From Octopus vulgaris (Eukaryota), in the NCBI GenBank assembly GCA_951406725.2, contig OX597816.1:59272001-59336000 (forward strand): a stretch of 64,000 nucleotides of DNA. The letters run 5' to 3'. The position numbers and the translations under genes were made by a program. The notes beneath the pieces are model-generated. The model had not been told where the DNA came from and did no database searches. It saw only the letters and a list, made by a program, of their open reading frames with translations. How positions within the stretch are numbered: the first letter of the stretch is position 1; every line of letters begins with the position of its first letter. This document shows positions 12,995 through 27,000 of this stretch, piece after piece.

Positions 12995-15900
12995 GTATAT
13001 ATATATATATATACGTATATATATATGTATATATACGTATATATATATATGTATATATACGTATATATATATATATATATATACGTATATATATATATAT
13101 GTATATATACGTATATATATATATATGTATATATACGTATATATATATATGTATATATACGTATATATATATGTATATATACGTATATATATATGTATAT
13201 ATACGTATATATATATATATATTGTTATATTTCGGAATGGTCATATTGCCAGTTTAGCCAATAAAAACACACGCACTATATATTTGGTGTTATTTTGCTT
13301 CAGTGATATTTATTTTTTACATTAATCTTAATCTTATTTCGGCCAAAGTTCTTTCGTCACACTCCTGTGACCGCATCAGTGGTCCTTTGTTTTCTTCTCA
13401 CTTATTTGTGTCTCTCCTTACTAACCGTCAGCCATTTTGTATTTCTATTGTATGTCTTCATACAATAGAAATAAGATTAAGATTAATGTAAAAAATAAAT
13501 ATCACTGAAGCAAAATAACACCAAATATATAGTGCATGTGCTTTTATTGGCTAAACTGGCAATATGACCATTCCGAAATATAACAATATCTGTTTCAACA
13601 CACGACTTCACATAAAAAATCTTGCACAACAAATATTTAAACGTATATATATATATATATATGTGTATATATACGTAGTGTAGTGTGGTGTGATGTTGTG
13701 GGGAGGTGGGGAAGGCGAGAGTGGGGAAAGCACAGGTGGGGAGGTGAGAGTGGGGAAAGCACAGGCGGGGTGTGGGTTCGGCTGGGGGTTGGGGTAGAGT
13801 GGGGGTTGTGGGTAGATGGAGGGTGGGTTTAGAGGTGAGATGTGTGGGGAGGGGTGTGAGATAGGGGTGAGGTATGTGGGGGAGAGGTGTGGGATAGGGG
13901 TGAGGTATGCGGGGGGAGATGGGAAGGCTAGGGAAGGTGGAGTAGGGGTATTCATTTTACAAGATTCTTGAGTATGTCAAAAGCGTTAACCAGGTAAAAT
14001 CCCTGCCAAAGCAGATGACTGTCATGGTTTCCTTTTCTCTGGCTCTGAACGTTCTCAGGATTCACCCAGCCAGTCCTCTGAACTTTGTTGCCTTCCTGGT
14101 AATGTGCACATGGAAAGAACTATCATCACTCATGTTGATACCCAGGTCCCTCACAGATTTAGGCACTGGGATTGTAATCCCTGGTGAACCAGTGTACCCT
14201 GTAAGTTTTATATTCAGTTTTGGACACTGGTGGCGCAGGGTTTGGAATTTTTCAGCATTAAACTGCATATTATTATCCTCAACCCATCTGTAAATTGAGT
14301 CCAACTCCTGCTGCAGGTATGCAACATCACTGCGGTTCTGTATTTTCAGCCAGACTTTCATATCGTCTGCGTAGCTAGCAAGGGTAGCTATCCGGGCAGT
14401 TGAGGGCCACTATGAAAAGCAGTGGTCCCAAGACAGTGCGCTGTGGAACACCACTCACTATTTATGTTTTCATTGAGGTGGTTCCATTGGCCAATAGTGC
14501 TTGACTTCTAGCTTTCAGAAAGTCATATAACCACTCTCCAAGTTTTCTAGGTATGCCAAGATCACACGGTTTCTGGCATATCATACCATGATTCACTTTA
14601 TCAAAAGCTTTTGCAAAATCAAAGTATATTATGTCCACATTTGAGTTGCTGAGTAACTGACTCAACACCCAGTCATAGTGCTGTAATAGCTGGGTCAGAC
14701 AGCTCCTACCTGGTCAAAAGTTGTGCTGTGTATCACTCAACAAGTTATTTTCTTCAAGGAATGTGATTAGTTTCCCTCTGACTATCCTTTCCATGACTTT
14801 GCTGATGTGTGAAGTCAGAGAGATAGGCCTATAGTTTTTGACATCTGCTCTGCTTCCCACTTTATGGATTGAGCATAGTATTCCCTCCTTCAGCTTGCTT
14901 GGCAGCCTGCCATTTCCAAGAAAGCTCTGGAAGAGAATCTGCAAAGGTTTTGCCGGGGCACACTTACATGATTTGAGAAAGATTGCTGGGGAAACCATCA
15001 GGACCCACAGTTGAGTTTGCATCCACCTCATCTATGGCTAGTAGTATATCTTCTTCGCCAATGTCAATGTTATTCTTCGTAACTGCCCCACTGATTATAG
15101 GTGAGGTGGCAAAGAAATCCACTGGTTTGTTCACATGTCTGTGTTCCAAGGGAATGGTAGAGGAACTTTTGAACTGATCATTTAGTACCTCACTGATCCT
15201 CGTTAGACTATCAGTGAAGGAGCCATCCTTTTGGAAGAGGGGTCCTATCTTGCAGCATACTGAGGCTGTTTCTTTCACATAATGAAAGAAGGCCTTTGGG
15301 TTTGACTCAGGTTTCTTTGTCTGATCTCTCAATCTCTCTCTCGCATAGGATTGTTGCAGGCTTTTTTCAATCTCCATCAGTATTGGTTTTAGGCAGGACT
15401 TTTCACTACTTTTGGAATGTTGATTGAAGCGATTTGCAAACTTTATCTGTCATTGAATGAGAGCCTACCTCTCCCTAGGAATCTTGTGCTTTTCTGTGTT
15501 GGCCTTGTATTTTGAGACATATTTCTGCATAACTTCCTCTCTCTGTCTCTTCACTTCTCTCCATTACGCCTCTTTCTCTGTCTCTTCACTTCTCTCTGTC
15601 ACATCACACCATCTTTCCTATCTCAGCCTCTTAATCTTCCTAAATATATAGACGCAAACTTTCTCCTCTCACTCTCTCTTATTCTCTCAACCACTCAATC
15701 TCTCTAAATACATAGACACTTTCTTTCTCTATTTCTTCTCTACCCTCTATCATACTGTTAAATTTTAAATATAATTAGATAATACATAAATAAAATATTA
15801 AAAAAAAATGTCCAGAACCTGGAGGAGCATGGAATTGGCATTGTTTTTGAGAGCCTGGTACTATGCTGATGGAGATAATCCAAACAACATAATTACAGCT

Positions 15901-18900
15901 GCGCTGAAGAGCAATGGTTACACAAAGATGTTAGCACAGATAGAGCGAAAGAAGCAGGAGTTTATATGCTCCTATGCACTCATAAGATCCCATATCAAGA
16001 CTCTTGATGCCATCTTTGACAACGAACAAAGCAAAGATGACAAGGATGGAGGCATGGATGCAGATGAAAGATGTCACCCCCACTTGGTAGACACCCAGGA
16101 CAACAAAGAAGATTCAAGTGAGAAACCTGCTCAGGAAGTAAACCCAATTGCAAGTGCCCCTACCAGCATCAAATGGCAAAACTACGGAGATGAAAGAGCC
16201 CAAAAAGAAGGATAAACTAAAAGAAAAACAGCCACAGAAGGAAAAACTAAAACTCAAACAAAACCAAAAGATGAAACAGCCAAAGAAAGAAGCAAACCTG
16301 ACTATCCATATACCAAAAAGGATAGAAAGAGACAGCACACATGAATGTGTAAATTCTACCTGAAAGGTGTCTGCTGGCATGGAGAGGAAGGTGCAAGCTG
16401 CCGTTTTGTACACCAAAGACCCTGCCACATAAACATGAAACAGAGCGGAAACCACCTACCAAAAGGAAAAGGAAAGGACTACGCATCACCTGCCCCAAAA
16501 CGGAGGTATACAGATGTAGTGCATTACAAACCATCAACATGTTATTGAAAGGGCAGCTGCTGAACAGGAATCTTTTTTGTGTATGGCGCAAAAGATTGTA
16601 CAGCAGCTAACCTGGCTCCATCAAATTCAAACTCACAGATGGGACTATCCACAATACACAAGACCACCACATCAAATAGACCCAAGGTGGACACCACTGG
16701 CAACAACACACACATCACCTCGATGCTCCTACTGAACATCAGAGGACTGCTAACACTCAGTAACAGGACAAAAATCCCTTTCTTGAGAGACTTTGTTGCA
16801 TGCAATCAAGTCTTATGCATAGCACTTACAGAAACACACCTGAAACCGGATATAGCAGATGCGGAAATACACATACCACAGTATTACGGACCGACAGAAA
16901 AGAAAGGAGTCATGGTGGAGTTGCTATGTACATCCGCGAGGACCTCACACCCCAGGTCCTATTATCATACTCAAATTCGGTTTGTGACACACTAATTGTA
17001 CATATAAGGCAACTCAGCGTAGTTATTTGTGCTACATATCGCCCTCCAGATGCTCCAAGTCATATAGGCAAGTTTGAAGACTGCCTTACAAAAATAGAAG
17101 AAGTTCTAGTCACATCAGAACAACACATAAGTGTACTTCTTATGGGAGACTTCAATCTGCCCAATGTCAGATGGCCCGAGGGCCTTTCTCTCCCAGGAAT
17201 GACATGATGCGAACAAGGACAGGCGAAGTCCCTCCTGAACTTCATCAACACTCTGTACATGGAGCAAATAATACTCCAACCAAGGCAGGTAACATACTGG
17301 ATCTCTGCTTCACAAATAATATGGGTATCATCCATAATGTGAAAGTGACACCGACACTTCTCTCGGTTCACAACATGGTAGAGTTGACCATGTACTGGCC
17401 AAAGGAAAACATGGACACGCAGCCTACAAGAAACTCTCAGAATCTTTCCAGCTTGAACTTCCATAAGGCAAACTGGAAACAAATTAAGAAAGAGATCCTC
17501 AAACAAAACTGGCCTAAATGTCTCTCCTCATCAGACATCGACATGAAACTTCAAAAATTCATGTCTGTAATGCAAACCATATGCTACAAATGTGTCCCAG
17601 AGAGAAAGGCCACTGTACACAAGAACAAAATCCCCAGAGAGAGGAAAATTCTTAGACGGCGTACAAAAGTTTCAAATCGCCTAAACAAACAAATTGAAAG
17701 CAGTGAAAAGTCCTGCCGGAAAATAAAACTGCTGGAAATTGAAAAATGTCTGCAACTTTCCCATGAAAAAGAAAGAGCAGACAAAGAAGCCTGGGCTATA
17801 GACAACATAAAATCTAACCCCAGAGCTTTCTACAAGTTTGCTAAAGAAACAGCTACGGTACACTGTAGGATAGGGCCACTCCTTGAAAAAGATGGTGCAC
17901 TCACAGGAAATCCAATGAGGATAAGTGAAATACTAAATGAGCAATTCAAAAGTATTTTCACTCCACCCCTAGGGCATTTTCAAGTTAGCAATCCAACTGA
18001 CTTCTTTACCATTGCAGATATAAAATCAGAGGCAGCAATGAGTGATTACATCAATATAAAGGAAGACGATGTAATAAGGGCTATAGATGAAATTAACCCA
18101 AATTCAGCTACTGGCCCCGATGGATTACCAGCAATCCTTCTAAAAGTATGTAAAAGAGTCCTAGCAAGACCACTTTCAGAGCTTCCTTGCAACTGGCAAA
18201 CTTCCAAGAAAACTGAAGGAGGGTAAAATACGCCCTATTCATAAAGGAGGTAGCAGAATGGAGACCAAGAACTACAGACCCATCTCTCTGACCTCACACA
18301 TCAGTATGGTCATGGAACGAATAGTCAGAAGGAAACTAATCGCCTTCCTTGAAGAAAATAACTTGCTGCCTGACACCCAACATGGTTTCCGACCAGGAAG
18401 AAGCTGCCCAACTCAGCTCCTACAACAATATAACTGGGTGCTGAAACAACTGCTCAACCAGTCAAATGTGGAAGTGATATATCTCGACTTTGCAAAGGCC
18501 TTTGATAAAGTCGAAAATGGCATTATCTTGTGGCATTACTGGAGCCTTTAGTCGAACGAATTGACCCCAAGTATTCATTCTATCAGTCTCTTTTTGTGAA
18601 GTTGCTAATTTATGAAGATGTAAACATACCAACATTAGCTGGCAAGCACCCGTAGATATAGACATATATATGTGTGTGTGTATAGTGATACACACACACA
18701 CACATGTATATCACTATAAATACATAAATGTACATGACATTTGGTAAAAAAAAAAAGGTGATCGTGTAACATACTTCCTGGCTGTTGTTATTATAACACC
18801 TCGTTGTAAACAATGTTCTTTGTTTTCTTTGTGGAGTGTATGCAAAGAGGTTTCTTATGCTTCCCACTCTTGAGCAGCTAACATACAGTTGTCCATGAGA

Positions 18901-21900
18901 GAAGCAGGGCTCTTCCAAGAGAAAAGCAGCCACAGAGAGGGTTTGACCCTGAGATTTGTTAATGGATATGGCAAAACTGACACGATGGTGGAATTGCAGT
19001 CTTCTGAACGTAAATGGAATTTCTGCTCCTGATGGAGTAAGAGGAACTCTTGGAATGAAGACGTCATCACCTTTTCCACATCCAGAAAGAATGGTAGCCT
19101 CGTTACCCTGTGGCATAATTTTCTTTATCACCAGTCGTGTTCCATTGCAAAGCCTTGGTGGTTCCAGACTGCGGAGTAGCATTACAGGAGTTCCAACTTT
19201 AAGTGCTAATATGTGGGAAGGTAATCCAGGAGGCTCCAATGAATTGAGAAATTCAGGAGGATAGTTCACCACTTCATTTTTATCTGGAATTGTATCAACA
19301 GACTTGTGCGAAAAGTTCTGGGAAGAGAATGCATTAGCTGTTGATATATTTTTTTAACAGTGACGTTTTTTGGAGCTAATATTGCTCTTTCACACAACCA
19401 ATTGTGATTTACATAGTTTTCTGTGAAGTTGGGAAATACTTTGTTTGAGCTCATCCACAGAATTTGACAACAGAGGAAAATGGCCACACTTCCATTTCCC
19501 CTGCAGTGTTGAGAGGCACATTGCCATCACCAAGTGTCAAAATGTTCTGTGCAAATATTGCAGACATTTGGTCGCCATGTAACTGAGCTCTCATGTTAAT
19601 GATAAGACTGAGGATTGTGACATGACGCCACAGGGTAGAGGACTTTAGGTATGCTTGAACCTCATGTGCTCTAGTGCCTTTTGAAATGACAGAAAGAGTT
19701 TGCCTGAAAGTACCTGACAACAGAAGTGTTACACCTTGCATTGGAGCCTGACAGTCTCAGATGTCTTTCAGGACTCTATCTAATGCTTCCAAGGCTCCCT
19801 TGCGAGCCATAGTGCAATCATCCCAGACAATTAGACGACACCTTTTAAGTACCTGTTCCTGATCTGAGCTTTGGATGCTACTAAATTGAGAAGGAGTTTA
19901 AAAGTCGAGTGTGCTGTCCTGCCACCGGGTAACAAAGTAGCTGCAATCCCAGAGGAAGCCACAGCTACTGCAATGTCCTGGTGCTGCCTAACTTCTACAA
20001 GGAGAAGCTTCGTAATAAATGTTTTCCCTGTCCATCCAGGAGCATCTCTCACATTGGCACACACTGTTAAGAATAGTTCTGTAGGTCTGCAGCTGGTCTG
20101 GAAGTAATTTAGACTCCTTTTCAATAATGTACTTTCAAAGCACTTGAGTGTCATAGGATGTTTCACGAATGACAGCAGTGGGAAGGCTATTTGACTCTGA
20201 CTTGAATGTTTATGGCAAGCCATATGTGGACAATTCATTTCCAACCAGTGTAGCAATTTTGTCTTCGAAGTCAAGAGTTTTGTTGTAGACTTCATTGCTG
20301 ATACCCTCCATGTCAGGATAGAGCAGTTGAGCATGCCACTTAAAGTTTTCAGCCAGGTTGTCTCTGTATTTGAGCTATAGAGTGACAAGATCACATGGTT
20401 CGTATGTCTGTAGTAACACTGCAAATAGTGCCCTGAAACTTTTAGGTGATTCTGATTAAAGCAGCCTCTCCCAAAGTTGCATCCCATTGTGCACCATCTT
20501 CTAACAGACCTTGTTGATAGTAGGCTTGCTGTATGTTATGCAGACATGTCTATGAATGGTTTTTAGGGCCTGGAAACCCGTTGGCCTTCTGAACTCATGC
20601 AATAGTAGACGGAGGTAGATGCACTGTGTATACTCGCCCAAGGCAAGTGTAAAAGTTAATGCCAGGGTATCCATGAACATACATTATGTGTATGTATGTA
20701 TATATATATGTATATATATAAATATATATATATATATATACAGTTTTTGTGTGTGGCAGGTGCAATAGACACTGAAAATGCACAGAGACCAACTTCCGCC
20801 ACATTCCAGGAAGAAAAACTAGAAGTAGATGATAGTTTCCGTTACCTAGGTGACAAAGTCAGTAGCAGGGGCGGGTGTGCTGAAAGTGTAACTGCTAGAG
20901 TAAGAATAGCCTGGGCAAAGTTCAGAGAGCTCTTACCTCTGCTGGTGACAAAAGGCCTCTCGCTCAGAGTAAAAGGCAGACTGTATGATGCATGTGTACG
21001 AACAGCCATGCTACATAGCAGTGAAACATGGGCCGTGGCTGCTGAGGATATGCGTAAGCTTGCAATAAATGAAGCCAGTATGCTCCGATGGATGTGTAAT
21101 GTCAGTGTTCATACTCAACAGAGTGTAAGTACCTTGAGAGAAAAGTTGAACCTAAGAAGCATCAGTTGTGGTGTGCAAGAGAGACATTTGCGCTGGTATG
21201 GTCACGTGGCGAGAATGGATGAAGATAGTTGTGTGAAAAAGTGCCACACCCAAGCGGTTGAGGGAACCTGTGGAAGAGGTAGACCCAGGAACACCTGGGA
21301 CGAGGTCGTAAAGCACGACCTTCGAACATTAGGTCTCACCGAGGCTATGACTAGTGAGCGAGACCTTTGGAAGTATGCTGTGCATGAGAAGACCCGGCAG
21401 GACAAGTGGGACCATAACCTGTGGCCTCTACCTGGGATGCAGCCAGTCCACTTAAGCATACCTTTCCTTCCTGGGACACAAAACTCTTGCAAAGACCTGT
21501 TAAGGCAAGTGAAATCGAAATCGATCAAAATCAATGGAAATTCTGGCACCTGTGCCAGTGGCACGTAAAAAGCACCCACTACACTCACGGAGTGGTTGGC
21601 GTTAGGAAGGGCATCCAGCTGTAGAAACACTGCCAGATCAGATTGGGCCTGGTGCAGCCTTCTGGCTTCCCAGACCCCAGTTGAACTGTCCAACACATGC
21701 TAGCATGGAAAGCGGATGTTAAACGATGATGATGATATACATACATATATATATATATATAGATAGATAGATATACACATCATCATCATTATCGTTTAAC
21801 GTCCGCTTTCATGCTGGCATGGGTTGGACATTTTGACTGAGGACTGGTAAGCCAGAGGTTGCTCCAGGCTCAATGTGATCTGGCAAAGTTTCTAAAGCTG

Positions 21901-24003
21901 GATGTCTTTCCTAACGCCAATCACTCCGAGTGTGTAGTGGGTGCTTTTACATGACACTGGTACGAGGGCCAGTCAGGTGGTTCTGGCAATGACCAAACTC
22001 AAAAGGTGTTTTCTACGTACTACCTGTACAGGAGCCAGTCCGGCAGCACTGGCAACAACTACACTCGTATGTTGTCAGGTCTTCTGAAGTACAGCATATC
22101 TCCAAAGGCCTCAGTAAGGCTCTATGTTCAAAGGTCGTGCTTCACCACCTCATACCAGGTTTTTCAGGGTCTACCTCTTCCACAGGTTCCCTCAACTGCT
22201 AGGATATGACACTTTATCACACAGCTGTCCTCATTCATTCGCAACACATGACCATACCAGCACAGTCATCTCTCTTGCACACCACATCTGATGCTTCTTA
22301 AATCCAACTTTTCTCTCAGGTCACTTACACTCTGTTGTGTATGCACACTGACCTTACACATCCAGCGGAGCATACTCGCTTCATTCCTTATAAGCTTACA
22401 CATGTCCTCAGCAGTCATAGCCCACGTTTCACTGTTGTATAGCATGTCTGTTCGTACACATGCATCATACAGTCTACCTTTTACTCTGCGCAAGAGACCC
22501 TTTGTCACCAGCAGAGGTAGGAGCCCTCTGAACTTTGTCCAGGCTATTCTTATTCTAGCAGCTACACTTTCAGAGCATCCACTTCCTGCTACTGACTTAG
22601 TCACCTAGGTAACGGAAGCTATCAACTACTTCTAGTTTTTTTCCCTGGAATGTAACAGAAACTGTTCTCTGCACATTTTCTGTGTTTATAGCACCTGAGC
22701 ACTTACCACACACAAAAACTATCTTCCCAGTTAGCCTCCCTTTGATATTGCTGCACTTCTTATGTGTCCATAGCTTACACTGGGTACATCTTATGGAGTT
22801 TCTACCTACGCCTTTTCTACAGATCGAGCAGGGCCATCTACCTGAAGGGATTTGTGGTTTGTCTGCCTTCCCACTTATTAAGACTTTGGTTTTAGCTAGG
22901 TTGACTCTAAGGCCCTTCGATTCTAATCCTTGATTCCATACCTGAAACTTTTCCTCCAACAACTCATTATATTACCAACACAATATTGAATTTCTACAAA
23001 GCAAGCCAAATTTTTTTTTCTATTGCACATAATCAGTTGTAATATTCCTTCCAGATCATTGTTTGAAACCTTTCCTATCAGATTTCAAACTTAATTCAAT
23101 GATTCAATCAATACACATTAGATAACTATTTTGTGACTGTGCAGTTGTTGCTGCTGATGGATATGGTGGTAGTGGCAGTAGTTGTACAACAGCAGCGCTG
23201 ATGATGATAATGTTATTCCTGTTAAGCTACAAAAAGCAAAAAGTAAGTAACACAATTTCTTTAGCAGCTCCAAAATGTGAATGTATTAAATAAATTTCAA
23301 ATACCTTTTTCGCATGTATCTTCGTTCTCAAGAGATGAGTCTGATTTCTGCCCTAGAGCTAATAAACGAGCAACACTTGGATGTTTTATCTGAGGGTCAG
23401 TCTTCTTAGGTCGGGATCGTTGTTTCTTTTTCATCGCCATGCTAGCAGTTATATTTTGAATATGTTGCAATCCCAATGCTGATAATGTTACACCTTCATA
23501 AATATATTGCCTTGGCAATTCTGTAAATACATTCAATATCATTACAGGACTTCACATTTATACAATCATACAATCATTAAATATAATTTTAACCAAATCA
23601 ATGTTTTCGCCCCCTACCCCACCCAAGTGAAAAATCTTATGTTTTTCATTCACATTTTAAAACATTTCTTCAAAGTCATTACAATAACATGTTCTTAAGA
23701 AATGGAAGCTAAATTCACTTTGTTTTTGCATTTCATTATCTGACATCAAAACAAGTTGACATAAGATAATACAAACCATGAACATTAAAATAAGTGGATG
23801 CTCCAAGATATAGAAGAGAAACATAAACACTAGTTTTGTAAACATTCTCAGAAATCTTAACAAAATATGTATCTTGCAAATAGCTGTCTCTACACTCATA
23901 CACAAAAGTAGTAATAGTAGCAGCAGCTGCAAATGGAAGAGTTACTAAGTTATAATTAAGCAGTCTACAAAGCAAACAATATAATTTCATAATGTGTGTG
24001 TGT

Positions 24004-24058
<55 letters not shown>

Positions 24059-27000
24059 GTGTCAGGCAAAGCATCCTGACTAATTTTGTCTACCTTTCTA
24101 AATAACAAATATTCGAAGAATTTATATGATTAAACTAATAGTCAATGTTTAAAATTTTTCAAAAAAAATAATTCACTTGTCATATAACTTACAGAATAAT
24201 TTTCAACATCCATTTATATTCAAAATGTTCTACATGAATATTCAATAAATTAAATGAGATATCATGTAATTTTTATAAGTTTTGTACATACATAATGCTG
24301 AATATACATTAGTCAATATATGTAACACATAACTACAGTTAAACAGGCATGTTAAGAATATTTCTGGAAGCTATCTTACCTTGAAGCTAGTGTGCATGTG
24401 TGTTTGTTAATATGTATGTGTGTACATGTGCTGATATGCCTGTATACATGTATATAGACATACCAGAAGCAAGAGGTATGTGTATATGTGATGTGAATGT
24501 TATGCGCATTTTTATAGTATGTACTTCCTAAGTATATGCACATAGTACCAGGATTGTGTTTATGTGTTTGCATATATAACTTGTGTATACACATGTAGTG
24601 AGCAACATTGAATCTTTATGCGTATGTGTGTCTTATGCATATATAGACCGTCTTGAACCTACAAGTTCATGAGGTCAATGCTTATTTGTATTTTCAAATT
24701 TAGGCTGCAAATACAAAATTCTTTGTTAAATGGGATGCCAGTCTGTTGCAAAATTAACAACTAAATTAGTTATAAAAAGCTAAATTTTAAAGGTCAGTTT
24801 TGTAGTACATTATAACATAAATATCAGTAGTTCACAAAGATACACTTAGATGTTCAGATTCTGATAACACATGAGCAAAAGTATCATATTAAATTATAGA
24901 ATAATTGTATAGTTCTAAATTGCATAATTTGATTTTAAAGCAAATTAATGTCCTTTGAATCGTATTTCAGAATTTTTAAAAACCCTTTTGTTACCATATT
25001 TCTGTTCCAATATACTGTTTCAATTAATTTTGAAATTAATTAATTTTCAAAAATAATGAAAAATTTAAGAAAATAACTTTAGGCTACTGAACATAAGTTA
25101 ACATGAAATTTTGATGGATTTTAATGTAGATCACTTTTAAGTATGAAGTTTTTATCAGAGAACCAGGAGCAGTCAAATGCAGGTTGGTATTAGAAGGGTT
25201 AAACTTGAACACCCTCTGAGTATCTTTTCACTGAAGGAAAAAAGAAAATCAGCATTATACAAATGAAAGTTTTTAGTGTTTCATACCTGGAATAGGCTGG
25301 GGCCATTTTTTAGGTTCAACCTTTTTTTCTTCAACTTCCTTAGGTATAACAACTGGTGAGGGACATCTGACTTTTTCCTCTTCTGGCTCAGGAGGTGGTG
25401 GTGGAGGAGGAAGTGCTGGAGGTGGTGGCGGTGGTGGTGGTGGTGGAGGTGGTGGTGGTGGCGGCGGTGGTGGTGGAGTAGGGGGTACTGAAAAATAGTT
25501 TACATCATAAAAAAGAAAATTTTCTTAATTCACTCAACTTATGAAATATTAACCCCTTATAGACAGATTTAGTACTGACAATCTGTGCTGTGTACCAGTA
25601 TTAAGCTGTTTACTAACTACACAATTTTTCATACAAGGAATTTTGCAGTGTAGTTACAGATTCTTCTCAGCATGGTATATTTGGAAATACAGTGCTGCAC
25701 CAAGTGAGACATCACACTGCTCACACACCAAGTGTTTTGATGTGGTCAGTACCACTTCATGTCTGCAAGGGGTTTTGTCAAAACAAAAACAAAAAATTAA
25801 AAATTTTTAATTAGTACTTAAAAATTGATGAAATATTTTATTTACACTAGCCAGACTCCTAATTAAGGTTATGCCTTATTTCTTTTCATACTCTTTACAA
25901 AACCAAAAACTGCATATTAAAGATGATTCTTTTGATAATACCTTCAAAGCTGTTAATTCAATATGAAGTGCATATATCTCATTATTGCAGTTCAGCATAA
26001 ACATTTGGGACTGTGCATGCCTTACACACACACACATACACACTCCTCAGACATACTTCTGGAACAATAAAGACCCTGTATGCGTCATTAATCAAAGTAA
26101 AATGGCTTCCCAGCTGATAGGCAAGCATTCATTCAGATACACTTTGACAGCTTTAGCCTACCATTCAGCTATAGCTTCCTTGCAATACTTCTAGTTTCTT
26201 CAATGGTCTCTGCTTACTCTAACTTCAAGATTGCATACACCCTGCACTTAAATGCCTTTGACGTATCTCTCTCTATTGCTATCATTTCTGCATAATATCC
26301 CACTTTCTACATCCATATAAAACATTCCTTCTGCTTAACTCTGAATGTTTAAATCAAACAACAAGTATCATTTCAGAATAAATATTGGTTTCAAATTTTG
26401 GCACAAGGCCAGCAAATTCGGGGTGGGGTGGGGAGTCCATTGCATTGACCCCAGTGCTCAACAGCTACTTTACTTTATTGACCCCAAAAGGTTGAAAGGC
26501 AAAGTGGAAGCACTCCGTCGGTTACGACGACGAGGATTCCGGTTGATCCGAATCAACGGAACAGCCTGCTCGTGAAATTAACGTGTAAGTGGTTGAGCAC
26601 TCCACAGACACGTGTACCCTTAACGTAGTTCTCGGGGATATTCAGCGTGACACAGAGAGTGACAAGGCTGGCCCTTTGAAGTACAGGTACAACAGAAACA
26701 GGAAGTAAGAGTGAGGGAAAGTTGTGGTGAAAGAGTACAGCAGGGATCACCACCATCCCCTGCCGGAGACTCGTGGAGCTTTAGGTGTTTTCGCTCAATA
26801 AACACTCACAACGCCCGGTCTGGGAATCGAAACCGCGATCCTATGACCGCGAGTCCACTGCCCTAACCACTGGGCCATTGCGCCTCCACGAAAGGCAAAG
26901 TAAACCACAGCAGAATTTGCACTCAGAATGTAAAAACAGATGAAATGCTGCTAAGCATTTTGCCCTGATTGCTAACAATTCTGTCAGCTCACTGCCTTAC

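Noticed and set aside
12888-13325. Several 100-145 aa YI-repeat ORFs
   Set aside because: Translations of a (TA)n microsatellite.
13608-13955. Pro-rich 115-aa ORF
   Set aside because: Product of the G-rich tract; no splice sites or homology recognised.
26815-26889. tRNA gene
   Set aside because: It is a SINE head followed by a SINE body with a TSD.
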